A stretch of 63,961 nucleotides of DNA, filler included, from Octopus bimaculoides (GCF_001194135.2; 7 parts of 7 records of this genome joined end to end with filler, not necessarily neighbours in it), one strand, 5' to 3'; shown: positions 51,136 to 63,181, numbered from the whole stretch's first letter. A program made the numbers and translations. Notes: generated from the letters alone by a model not told the origin.

Positions 51136-53114
51136 CTGAGATGCGTACATCACTATATAAATATCTAATATGTTTTTGTGTCACTAAACTCTTAATAAAT
51201 GTATACATAAAGGTAATTCACCTCTATTTCTCACGATGTATGTATGTATATGTGTGCATATATATATAATATGGATGTCAGTATACGTGATTATACATGC
51301 CACAATGTATGTATAAATATTAACTGGTGATATTTGTATGTATAACTATCTGCGTGTATATACTATATATATNNNNNNNNNNGATACATCTTCCTTGTAC
51401 AAGTGCGTGATGTCCTCGTGTATATTATATATATAATGTTTTCTATATTATACGTATTGTGTATCTGCTATATATGTATATGGCTGTGTTTAGAAATCTA
51501 TTCATTTTAGGATTTCGTTTCTTCGTTCCTTCGTGTCAACATGTTCTCTCTATCTCTAAACCCCAACTCGTTACATACAATATATACGTATATATATCTC
51601 TACTTGTGTGTGTATATTATGCGTTAAGAATAACTCTACACACTGGATTGCCATGTGTAGTAATGCAAGAATGACATTACTTCACATTCTCTTTCACCCC
51701 TATTTATATACATCACCCTCGTAAAAGCGAAACATCGAACCTTTTCTTTATACAACATATTTCTTGTCCTCCGAAAACCATTTTTTCTAAGTATGTACAC
51801 ATTATTTTGCATGTTGATATTGATGGGGTCGAGGCGGGAAGAACGTGGTTGCGAAGTAGATGCGTCAACTTGTATTCTTCCTCTCTGTTCCAAAGACAGA
51901 CTGACAAACCATATATATATACGTTGGATCTTGAAGCAGATAAGCTATGAAGAATAGCGATCGCGTGTAAAAATTTGGTTAAAAAAAAAAACAACCTTTT
52001 AAANNNNNNNNNNNNNNNNNNNNNNNNNNNNNNNNNNNNNNNNNNNNTTAATTAATTAANNNNNNNNNNNNNNNNNNNNNNNNNNNNNNNNNNNNNNNNN
52101 NNNTTATTTAATTATCATCAAAAATCAATTGAATAATAGAAAAATACAAGAATACTTATTTCTACAAACGTAGGAATAAAAATAAAAATATGAATGAAAA
52201 AATTATGAATGAAAAAATTAAGAATGAAAAAAATTATTATGAATGAAAGATTAAACATTTTATATCCTAAGTTTTAATTTTAAAAAACCTTTAACGATAT
52301 TATAAACAATAAAGACTAATTATTAATCAAATATTATTAATCAAAAATAATCGAAAATATATCAACACTATTCAAATCGAAGTCTTATATTATGTTGAAA
52401 TGATACTCTAACTTCTAAATAATTTAGTGTTAGATAAGTTATCTACAAAAATAATCTTTAAAAAACAAAATGAATAATATAAAAAACAAAATTACATATT
52501 ATTTTCAAATAGTAGAAATTCATTTAGCAAAATAAAAACAGAACTTATCCATATTTTTCCGTAATTCAAACTGAAACTAAGACGTTATCTAATATCTATA
52601 GCGTTTTTTAGCAAGAAGTCGCGCGAAAATACTACGTTAAAATAGAGAATAGAATATGAAAACATGAATGAAAGAATAATACTTAAAATAATGAATGAAA
52701 GATTTAAACTTTATATAACTAACAACATAAAAAAGCCACATCTATCTTATAAAACATATTAATGAATTTTAAATTCTGATATATAATAAATTAATAATAT
52801 GACTAAGAGTCGTAAATTAAATAATATGATGAAATAAGCTAAAATACTACTATTGATTTAATCTTATAAAAATCGTAGTGTCATTACAATATAAATCCTT
52901 AAACTCACTAAATTATTAAACTACCAATAAAAATAAAATATAACTACTAGAATAAGTAAAGAAGAAATATTATAAACAAATACACACCAACACACGCCCT
53001 CATACATACGTACATACATACATACATATATATATATATATACATACTTATGTATAAATATATAAAAGGATAAAGAGAACAACGGTAAAGTTAGAAATAT
53101 ATTTTATGGATAGA

Positions 53115-53163
53115 GTCTTACAGCTGTTTCAGGGAAGATCCAATGCTTCCCTTCATCGGAGAC
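53115..53163 (-). ncRNA. Minimal type-I hammerhead ribozyme, U4C variant
   Basis: gtct CCGATGA AGGGAAG-cattggat-CTTCCCT GAAA cagctg TA agac. Confidence 0.8.
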
Positions 53164-53317
53164 AGAAATAGTAACGGAATCGATTATTATATCTATAAGC
53201 GGAGATTTATAGTAGGAAGTGAGAGTGAGTGTGATGCGCTGAAAGAAGAAAGAAAGAACAGTACTTGGAGTGTAGCTTCATTCCAGTAGTAAGTATCCGT
53301 GTAAATAATCCTTGTGG

Positions 53318-53620
53318 GAGAATTGTATTTTAAAATATGGAACGCCTCCTTTAAGCAAAGCTTGCAGTTACAGCGCTGGCCCTGGTATGGAGTTCCGGAA
53401 TCTAGGATGGACCATTTTAAAGTATACTAGGTATTTGTGCTTCTGAGGTGATGAATGTGGTTGGCTAATGTTGTAGATTTACTGTGTTTGTCATATCTAA
53501 AAGAGTACAAATGAGCTGCGTAGCGATGTTTGAAGTTTTTAGTTGCACCTATGTATGTAGCTGTAGAGTTATGTAATAGATTTCTTACGGTGCATTTATA
53601 TATTACGTTGTATCTTACGC
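53318..53620 (-). pseudogene. PLE GIY-YIG endonuclease domain with one in-frame stop
   Basis: HCVRYNVIYKCTVRNLLHNSTATYIGATKNFKHRYAAHLYSFRYDKHSKSTTLANHIHHLRSTNT*YTLKWSILDSGTPYQGQRCNCKLCLKEAFHILKYNSPT. The continuation LKYNSPTLLNRYNDVFSTCNHR is on the plus strand from 53628. Confidence 0.9.
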
Positions 53621-54557
53621 AATGCGTTTGAAATACAATTCTCCCACTCTACTTAATCGATATAATGATGTATTTAGCACCTGCAATCACCGCTTTTCCA
53701 TACATTTAAATTTTATCACAGACAAAAATGCACAAATGATCACACAACATAAGCACACTGCTCCCTATAGGCAACCTATTCGACTTAGCAAAATCATCCC
53801 TCTTATACCATCTTTAGAATAGATTCATTTCTTTTTTGATCCTATCAATACTTAATATATTTTCCCAAATTTACTTCCTCTACACTTACTCGGCAATAAC
53901 ACCACCACCACATATAGGCTACTTGGTAACTTTTAATCCCCCTTCCACCATCTGTAAATTAAGTTTAGCTCTATATTTTAGAATATGGTACTACTAATTC
54001 TTTCTCTCTCTCTCTCTCCTTTCTTCTTTAATACTGTCTTTGGACTGTCACCCATACCCTCACCACTTATAGTCTACCCCTCCATACTGCCTCTGCGCAT
54101 TCCTTCTTCCTTACTAAACCTTTACCCCTATCCCCCTTCCTCCTTCGCTCCCAATACTCATTCTCTCTGTCCAGTCAGATTAACTGACCACAAAAAAATT
54201 TAAATACCATTCCTCACCTGAATCACTTCTCTATCCCCTTCCCATTCTGTCTTTAAGACTTGAACTATTTACCCTACACACATCTCTCACTTGATTTGAG
54301 ACATCCTGGAAGTAAACACACGCAGTATACTTCGGACACGATATGACATATATCCACCTCTGCTATTTCAGCCTTTGCTACAGCAACTATCTCCGGAAAA
54401 TTCCCACAAGGATTATTTACACGGATACTTACTACTGGAATGAAGCTACACTCCAAGTACTGTTCTTTCTTTCTTCTTTCAGCACATCACACTCACTCTC
54501 ACTTCCTACTATAACTCTCCGCTTATAGATATAACAATCGATTCCTTTACTATTTCT

Positions 54558-54606
54558 GTCTCCGATAAAGGGAAACATTGGATCTTCCCTGAAACAGCTG
54601 TAAGAC
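54558..54606 (+). ncRNA. Hammerhead ribozyme copy with U4C plus G8A
   Basis: gtct CCGATAA AGGGAAA-cattggat-CTTCCCT GAAA cagctg TA agac. G8A is predicted to be inactivating. Confidence 0.7.
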
Positions 54607-55601
54607 TCTATCCATAAAATATATTTCTAACTTTACCATTGTTCTCTTTATCCTTTTATATATTTATACATACATACGCTAATACACGACTTATAATCCC
54701 CAATCCTGTTCATACAACGATTGGGGCATAACTAGCCGGTATACAGCACTTACTCGGTATTACCTGTATCTTTGGGTTTGGTTAAATGCAATACCCTCCT
54801 TAATCTTATATACATACTTACATACATATACAAATATATATACATATATATAAAACATATAAACATATATACATACAAATATACACAAGAATATACATAT
54901 ATACACACAGCATACACACATATACACATAAACACTAATATATACATATACATAAATAAATACATACATACACATATATACATAAATACATATATATATA
55001 TATACATACATAATAACACATATAGACTAAAACATACTCACATATATAAATATATATACATAAACATATATATACACATACACACATGTACCTACATAAA
55101 CATATATATTATTAAAAAAATGGCAAAAAATCATATATTCATTAATATCGGTTAATTACCAGGAAGCTAGCACATTTAAAGAATCAAAGAGATTCAGAAA
55201 CAGTATCTGCAATCTCAGGGGATTAAAGTACATTTTTATATATGACGTTGACCACTAACGTGGACATTTAACGTGCTCGAAATAGATCACATCTTGTGTC
55301 TAAAAAGACCTAAATTGTTCTCAACATGAAATATAGCGTGATACCAAAACGTAAGCGGGCAAGACATTAAAAAAAAAACGAAAAGGAACATTATTAAACA
55401 GGGACCAGTTTCGAATTTTAACAATCTTACCGACTGTCTATTTCTAATCAGCCTGATTTTTAATGGAACCATAATCATCAGAACCCCATACAAAGTTGTC
55501 CNNNNNNNNNNNNNNNNNNNNNNNNNNNNNNNNNNNNNNNNNNNNTTAATTAATTAANNNNNNNNNNNNNNNNNNNNNNNNNNNNNNNNNNNNNNNNNNN
55601 N

Positions 55602-55643
<42 letters not shown>

Positions 55644-55644
<1 letters not shown>

Positions 55645-56271
55645 AATGCAAATAATTAGAAAATAGCGAAAACCACAGATTAACCAACACATCGATTTGA
55701 CCCCATTTATAGCTTATTTCTTAATATAAACCATGACATAACGAAATAGGTGATGTAACATATCTTAGAGCCGTTACTGATCAGATTGCCAAAATGCAGT
55801 CTATACATAAATGCGAGAATAAAGTTCTTCATCTTCATAAGGCATTCAAATTAAGGCAACAAATCTTCATCAGAGTGAAAAACAAGAGTATATAATATAA
55901 ACAAAAGGAAGAAGGAAAAGGAAAGACAACATGACTTAGACAAATAGTCTAGAAGCCCAATATGTTAAGAGCAAATAATTATTATCAGGGCGCGACATGG
56001 TTGATAGATAAAGAGTGAGCTAGGAATACAACAAATTTATTAACAGGTAGGTGCAATTTGAAGTGGAGTGGTGGTCAGGATGGTTAAAAAAGAAGTTATC
56101 AAGAAACTATATATAAGGAAAATTCTAACATGATCAGTAATGACCGTAAGATATGTTACGTCACCTATTTGGTTATGTTATGCTTTGTATTAAAAAATAA
56201 GCTATAAATGTGGTCCAATCATTGTGTTCGTTAATCTTTGGGTTTTCTCCATTTTCTAATTATTTACATTG
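55644..56271. repeat. Foldback with ~140-bp arms (55644-55783, 56131-56271)
   Basis: caatg.aaataattagaaaat...gattaac.aacac...catttatagcttattt...aaataggtga.gtaacatatctta....ttactgatca is present in both orientations. Confidence 0.85.
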
Positions 56272-57450
56272 GTTCCTAATAAACTCTTGTTTATCCTGTT
56301 GTTATCTGCACTCTACGTGCATAGTGTCCCTGCACACTAATGCCCGGGGATAATACAGGTAATGGATACCGATAGTATTTAAGGATATTTTTACCCCTTA
56401 GTCAGTTACTATAACTGTTAATTCTGTTTACATATGTGTGTGTGTGTGTGTGCGTGTGTATACATATATGTGTGTATACATATATGTGTGTATATATATA
56501 TGTGTGTATATATNNNNNNNNNNNNNNNNNNNNNNNNNNNNNNNNNNNNNNNNNNNNNNNNNNNNNNNNNNNNNNNNNNNNNNNNNNNNNNNNNNNNNNN
56601 NNNNNNNNNNNNNTATATATATGTACATGTATATGTACACACTCATGTACACATGTACACATACATATATGCACATGTATATATACATGCAAACACACGC
56701 ACATATATATGTACATATATATGTGTGTGTATATATACATACATATATATATACACACACACACAGACATATACATACACAAATATATATATATGTATGC
56801 ATATGAATATACAAACATATATATATATATATATGCACACTTACACACACACACACATATACATACGTGTGTATGTATGTATATACATAGCATTTACATA
56901 TATATATATTCACATATTAACATATATTCAAATACAAATAGAAACATAGACACACACACAGACACATACATGCACATACGCACATAGACACATGCACACA
57001 CTCTCTAAAAAATAAAACTTTTCTTACGTTTCACTAAAAGGACCTTATTGTTTATTATAAAGAATAAACAAGCAAAATCATCGAGAAAAAGATAATAACC
57101 GGAGTCCCAAGAGTCATGAATAACTTTCAGTGAATCTCGTTCTATAAATATAGTTACAAACATTGGAATATTAGCAGCTTCCAAATTTGGTAGTGCAGAG
57201 TTGCTTGCAGAATATAAAACCACAATGGCTGACTCACAGCAAACAGATTTAGATGTTTTTAGACAGAAAAAAATACCAATATTATCATAATAATTAAACA
57301 AGTTCAAACATGTGCAGTGAACAACCAAAATTAATTTTAAATATTTTATGCAGTGAAATAAGACAAAAAAAAAAGAAATTAATTATCTCAATAGCTAATA
57401 TTTCTTTGTTTTTTTTTTCATTTATCCTATTGGACATGTATTGGAGATAA

Positions 57451-57492
57451 TTCTGGACATGTTTCAGCCTTATTAGATGCTCTTCAGTGAAC
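57451..57492 (-). ncRNA. Degenerate minimal hammerhead motif
   Basis: ttca CTGAAGA gcatctaataaggct GAAA CATGT C cagaa. Full core and palindromic ACATGT with a GUC site, but helices I and II are imperfect. Confidence 0.45.
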
Positions 57493-57624
57493 AGGAAGAG
57501 GCTCACTGAATAGATGTACAATAATCATAATTTTTGCAGTTAATTACTTGGGGAACCTACCCACATGGAAAGCAATAGCTAAGTTAGTGTTAAACTGTAT
57601 TTAATGTGGTGAACATTAAAAAAT

Positions 57625-57756
57625 GCAGTCATGGCTGTGAGACTAAGAAGCACACTTTGCAACCATATGATTTTGAGTTCAATCATGCCACATGGCACTT
57701 TGGGTAAGTATCTTTTACTATTGCCCCAAGCCATATTACGCCTTGTGAATGAATTT

Positions 57757-57760
<4 letters not shown>
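57625..57760 (+). mobile_element. SINE family B, 5' part, decayed
   Basis: Head plus ttgggtaagtatctt. Confidence 0.7.
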
Positions 57761-57789
<29 letters not shown>

Positions 57790-57792
<3 letters not shown>

Positions 57793-58212
57793 CTTCATTG
57801 GAAACTCGGCTTGCGAAGACCTGCTGGGGCAAGCGAAAGCGAAAAGCGAAATCGTGATGGCACCTGTGCCCAGTGTCACCTTCCTGGCACTTGTGCCAGT
57901 GGCACATGTAAAGACATTCAAGCGAGATCGTTGCCAGTGCTGCTGGACTGGCTCCTGTGCAGGTGGCACGTAAAATACACCATTTTGAGCGTGGCCATTG
58001 CCAGTACCGCCTGACTGGCCTTCGTGCCGGTGGCACGTAAAAGCACCCGCTACACTATCAGAGTGGTTGGCGTTAGGAAGGGCATCCAGCTGTAGAAACT
58101 CTGCCAGATCAGATTGGAGCCTGGTGTAGCCATCTGGTTCACCAGTCCTCAGTCAAATCGTCCAACCCATGCTAGCATGGAAAGCAGACGTTAAACGATG
58201 ATGATGATGATA
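57790..58212 (+). mobile_element. SINE/RTE-tail family E with internal ~60-bp repeats and (GAT)n tail
   Basis: Ends ccaacccatgctagcatggaaagcagacgttaaacgatgatgatg. The internal gtggcac.t.aaa repeats also occur at about 60590-60840. Confidence 0.75.
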
Positions 58213-58235
58213 TATATATATATAAATTACAATAG

Positions 58236-58486
58236 ATGGATAATGTGTCAATTCACTACAGGTGTTTCCAGCGAATTTTTAATCGATTAATGGAGACATT
58301 ACATCATTAGAAAAAACTATTTTCATCGGGTAAATATATGAATTATGACACTGAAAAACATTAAAAAGCTAATGGCATGTCCACCTTCATGATTCTGTGA
58401 CCCTTGCTGGTCATTTCTAATGATGTCTTCATTAATCAATTAAAAATTCATTGGAAACAGGTGTAGGGAATTGACACATTATCCAT
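58236..58486. mobile_element. Foldback MITE with ~75-bp TIRs
   Basis: atggataatgtgtcaattc.ctaca..tgtttcca..gaatttttaat.gattaatg.agacat..cattagaaa occurs in both orientations. Confidence 0.85.
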
Positions 58487-58772
58487 TTGTTGTTTTTTAT
58501 TCATTTATTATTCACCTTTCTCAGAACCTCCATCTTTCATAGATCCAAAGTATGTTACAGACCATACATTCAGTACAATGTATGTTTCTTGATTAGCTTC
58601 AGGGCTATTGATATACTTAGTCAAGTACAATTAGTCATATACATAACCTTAACATCTTTCTGCTTGTAGGTATTCCTCAATTTTTGTCGTGTACACACTT
58701 TACTTTTTGGGTAAGTGTCTTCTACTTTAGCCTCAGAGCGATCAAAGACAGAAACTGAAAGAGGCCCATCAT

Positions 58773-58867
<95 letters not shown>

Positions 58868-58874
58868 TATATAT

Positions 58875-59780
58875 ACTAGCTGACGTACCCAGTAATTCCC
58901 AGGAAAGTGGAGTTTATCCCTTGCTTCCATTCTCGTAATTGTTTCGCTAATCCAATAACAACAATACAAAGTTTGTAGACCTTAAAATGGTTTTTGTACA
59001 TTTACAGAGAATGCCAAACTGTCTTACATGAGATCTTGTTTTTAGGAATTCCCAATAAGTTATCAATACCCAAATTGTGAAATCAGTTATGTAATAACAT
59101 GAAATTAGTTACCCGATAGTATTAATTCAAATAAAGTAGCCCCGAAAAGGGCTTTAATGCATTCCCAGAGTATATGTAACTTAGGAGGAAATGCTAATAA
59201 GGTATGTATACTAAAATCGTGAAGCATGTTACGTAATAACTGGCTAATCAGATATGAGATAACAATTCAAAGTAAATAACTCTGGAAAGGGCTTTTGTGC
59301 GTTCCCAGAGAATATTACCCTCAGTGGTGCTAGTGTTGGTATATTTGTGAATAAGTCACTAACCGAAATAAGTGGATCTATTGTTTAGGAAAATACTATT
59401 TACTTGTTTAAGGGTTGTACTGGATAAATTGCAAAAATAACTCTTAACAGTTCAAATACTAAGAAATAAGCATACTCAATTTGATTTATACCAAATGATT
59501 TAGGAATATAAAGGGGTTATTTCACTTGGCTGTTAAAATCTGGGTGAATGGGTTATTTCCCTTGGCTGTTAAAATGAAATATATTAGATATATATAAGGA
59601 TCACTTCCAGGAGCCCTGTTATCAATTTTTTCAACAATCTGAGTATGCCATGAGGTTTCCATACATAAGTTCTACTCATGTGTCAGGTTTCATCAAAATC
59701 GATAAAACGATGTAAGAGTAGTTAGCTAACAACTCCACAGACACACCGACAGACAGAATTTCTCACATATGTAGTATATA
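58875..59780 (+). mobile_element. Non-autonomous Helitron-like element with an internal ~140-bp tandem duplication
   Basis: Starts ACTAGCTGACGTACCC in (TA)n. Ends gtttcatcaaaatcg...cagacagaa...gtagtata, resembling Lep1/HINE-type ends. Duplicated block aattcaaa...aaagggcttt..tgc.ttcccagag at about 59125 and 59265. Confidence 0.55.
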
Positions 59781-60844
59781 TATATATATATATATATATA
59801 TNNNNNNNNNNNNNNNNNNNNNNNNNNNNNNNNNNNNNNNNNNNNNNNNNNNNNNNNNNNNNNNNNNNNNNNNNNNNNNNNNNNNNNNNNNNNNNNNNNN
59901 NNNNNNNNNNNNNNNNNNNNNNNNNNNNNNNNNNNNNNNNNNNNNNNNNNNNNNNNNNNNNNNNNNNNNNNNNNNNNNNNNNNNNNNNNNNNNNNNNNNN
60001 NNNNNNNNNNNNNNNNNNNNNNNNNNNNNNNNNNNNNNNNNNNNNNNNNNNNNNNNNNNNNNNNNNNNNNNNNNNNNNNNNNNNNNNNNNNNNNNNNNNN
60101 NNNNNNNNNNNNNNNNNNNNNNNNNNNNNNNNNNNNNNNNNNNNNNNNNNNNNNNNNNNNNNNNNNNNNNNNNNNNNNNNNNNNNNNNNNNNNNNNNNNN
60201 NNNNNNNNNNNNNNNNNNNNNNNNNNNNNNNNNNNNNNNNNNNNNNNNNNNNNNNNNNNNNNNNNNNNNNNNNNNNNNNNNNNNNNNNNNNNNNNNNNNN
60301 NNNNNNNNNNNNNNNNNNNNNNNNNNNNNNNNNNNNNNNNNNNNNNNNNNNNNNNNNNNNNNNNNNNNNNNNNNNNNNNNNNNNNNNNNNNNNNNNNNNN
60401 NNNNNNNNNNNNNNNNNNNNNNNNNNNNNNNNNNNNNNNNNNNNNNNNNNNNNNNNNNNNNNNNNNNNNNNNNNNNNNNNNNNNNNNNNNNNNNNNNNNN
60501 NNNNNNNNNNNNNNNNNNNNNNNNNNNNNNNNNNNNNNNNNNNNNNNNNNNNNNNNNNNNNNNNNNNNNNNNNNNNNNNNGTGCGTGAGAAGACCCGGCA
60601 AGCCAAGTAAGATCGTTGCCAGTGCCCCTGGACTGGCTCTTGTGCGGGTGGCACATGAGATGCACCATTTTGAGCGTGGCCGTTGCCAGTACCGCCTGAC
60701 TGGCTCCCGTAGGACTTTCGAGTGAGATCGTTGCCAGTGCCCCTGGACTGGCTTGTGCGGGTGGCACATAAAAGACACCATTTCGAGCGTGGCCGTTGCC
60801 AGTATCGCCTGACTGGCTTTCGTGCAGGTGACACGTAAAAGTCC

Positions 60845-61160
60845 TTCTCAAAATTGCCATTTCACTTTCCCTTAGACACCATGCTTCACTCTCCCATCCA
60901 GCATTGCAAATCTCACGCAACTCCAATAAACCCTTCCTTTCATTTTCAACGAGAACCTTTTTCCCACATAACAACACTCCACATTCCCTGAACTTCACCC
61001 AGCCAAGTCTCGCTCTTGCTGTCACAGCTGCTTCACATCCACCACTTACATCCACCCTATTATCCCAAATAACAAAACCCTCTCACCGTTTCCACTGGTT
61101 CCACCAGCCCCCCAGCTCCTTTCTCACATCTTCCCCAAATAAAATCTCTTGCCAGCTCTG
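60845..61160 (-). pseudogene. RTE LINE fragment
   Basis: DVSGGCEAAVTARARLGWVKFRECGVLLCGK...ESEAWCLRESEMAILRR, the typical RTE post-RT region. Adjoins family E repeats at 60590-60840. Confidence 0.85.
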
Positions 61161-61423
61161 AAAAAGATTCATATATATATATATATTCTTTTATTTGTTT
61201 AAGTCATTTGACTCCAGCCATGCTGGAGCACTGCCTTTAGCCAAACAAATCAACCTTAGGACTTATTCTTTGTAAGCTTAGCACTTATTCTATCGGCTCT
61301 TTTGCTGAACCAGTAAGTTATGGGGACATATACACACCAACATTGGTCAAGCAATGGTGGGCGGGGGAGGGGACAAACACAGACAGAGACACAGAAACAC
61401 ATTCACATACATACAGATATATA

Positions 61424-61672
61424 CAGGGGTTGGACAAAATAATGGAAGCACCTTAAAATTTCAAACAAAATTAATTTTAATATGGTGTAGGACCACCTTT
61501 GGCAGTAATTACAGCTTGAATTCTATGAGGTATGGACTCGTACAAGATTTGAATTGTTTCCAAAGGAATTTTTGTCCATTCTTCAGCTAAAACAGTCTCC
61601 AGTTCTAGTAGTGATGATGGTGGAGGATATCGACTCCTTACTTGTTTTTCTAAAATGCACCATAAATGGTAG
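61424..61672 (-). pseudogene. 3' end of a Tc1-like transposon
   Basis: TA|CAGGGGTTGGACAAAATAATGGAA TIR; HLWCILEKQV...LAEEWTKIPLETIQILYESIPHRIQAVITAKGGPTPY*. Confidence 0.85.
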
Positions 61673-61673
61673 T

Positions 61674-61905
61674 GAGACATGGGCCCTGAATGCAGAGGAC
61701 ATATGAAGACTAAAGAGGAATGAAGCTGGTATGCTTCATTGGATAGGCAACGTCAGTGTGCATGTGTAACAGAGTGGAAATGTATTGAGAGAAAAGTTAG
61801 GCATAAGAATAATCACATGTAGTGTCCAAGAGAGAAGATTGCACTGGTTTCATCATGTGATACACATGGATGAGGACAGCAACATAAAGAAGTGCAGATT
61901 GTTTC
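61674..61905 (+). pseudogene. RTE LINE fragment
   Basis: ETWALNAEDI*RLKRNEAGMLHWIGNVSV...LREKLGIRIITCSVQERRLHWFHHVIHMDED. Confidence 0.8.
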
Positions 61906-61984
61906 AAGAGAGAAACCCAGAAAGATAAGGGATAAATATTGATGCTGAGCTTTACAGAGGTGATGACAAAGGGATGAAGTGATT

Positions 61985-62095
61985 GGCCATTTGCTGCTGA
62001 GAAAAGACCCAAAGAAGGGGGATCACATAAATAACTCTCGGCCCATAAGTTTGTTAGACGCAAATTTCAAAATTTTGACCAAGGAATTAGCAATT
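61985..62095 (+). pseudogene. L1/Tx1-like reverse transcriptase fragment
   Basis: LLLRKDPKKGDHINNSRPISLLDANFKILTKELA matches the RPISLL..D.KIL.K.LA motif. Confidence 0.75.
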
Positions 62096-62729
62096 TTGGC
62101 TGCAAGACCCCAAATCGAGGGATGTAACCTAAATCATAAATTATCTTCCTTGAACTATACAAAATAGTCATGCGGGATTTCCTCCCCTTTATTCTGACTG
62201 TTTCGCTTGTGATTTTTGCTACCCTGGTAACTATTTATCTATTCTTTAAATACACACATCTATCTATCTATCTATCAATCTATCTATCTATCTAGATAGA
62301 TAGATAGATAGATAGATAAATGGAGCACCACCTTTAGTCAAACGAATCGACCCCAGGACATATTCTTTGTAAGCCTAGTACTTATTCTATCGGTGTGTTT
62401 TGCCGAACTGTTGTGTTACGGGGATGTACACACCAACATCGGTTGGCAAGCGATGGTGGAGATGGGAGGACAAACACAGACACACAAACATACACACATA
62501 TATATACGACAGGCTTCTTTCAGTTTCCTTCTACCAAATCCACTCTCAAGGCTATAAGTAGAAGACACTTGCCCGAGATGCCACGCAGTGGAACTGAACC
62601 CGGAACCATGTGGTTGGGAAAGCAGCTTCNNNNNNNNNNNNNNNNNNNNNNNNNNNNNNNNNNNNNNNNNNNNTTAATTAATTAANNNNNNNNNNNNNNN
62701 NNNNNNNNNNNNNNNNNNNNNNNNNNNNN

Positions 62730-62764
<35 letters not shown>

Positions 62765-63181
62765 ACGTTATATATATGTATATTACTCTTTACTCTTTAC
62801 TCTTTTACTTGTTTCAGTCATTTGACCGTGGCCATTCTGGAGCACCGCCTTTAGTCGAGCACATCTACCCCAGGACTTATTCTTTGGATGCCTAGTACTT
62901 ATTCTATCGGGCTCTTTTGCCGAACCGCTAAGTTACGGGGACGTAAACACACCAGCATCGGTTGTCAAGCGATGTTGGGAGGACAAACACAGACACACAC
63001 ATACACATATATATACATATATACGACGGGCTTCTTTCAGTTTCCGTCTACCAAATCCACTCACAAGGCTTTGGTCGGCCCGAGGCTATAGAAGAAGACA
63101 CTTGCCCAAGGTGCCACGCAGTGGGAATGAACCCAGAACAATGTGGTTGGGAATCAAGCTACTTGCCACACAGCCACTCCT

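Larger units (their letters stand above)
53049..54672. mobile_element. Penelope-like element in inverted configuration with HHR-bearing arms
   Basis: Arms 53049-53325 and 54399-54672 are near-perfect reverse complements. The interior carries GIY-YIG coding sequence on both strands, diverging from about 53625. Confidence 0.9.
61185..63181 (-). mobile_element. Three SINE family B copies (about 61185-61420, 62320-62629, 62785-63181)
   Basis: Reverse-complement matches to 49238-49629; the last copy is full length. Confidence 0.85.

Noticed and set aside
52104-52980. Mitochondrial insertion (NUMT)
   Set aside because: No recognisable mitochondrial gene, tRNA or rRNA on either strand.
55250-55290. 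CTAACGT...GTGCTCGAAAT, HHR-like
   Set aside because: Multiple core mismatches and no helix I or III.
18676-60834. Long ORFs in the supplied track
   Set aside because: They run through N gaps or di-, tri- and tetranucleotide repeats (poly-Y/I, C/V, H/T) and show no coding signal.
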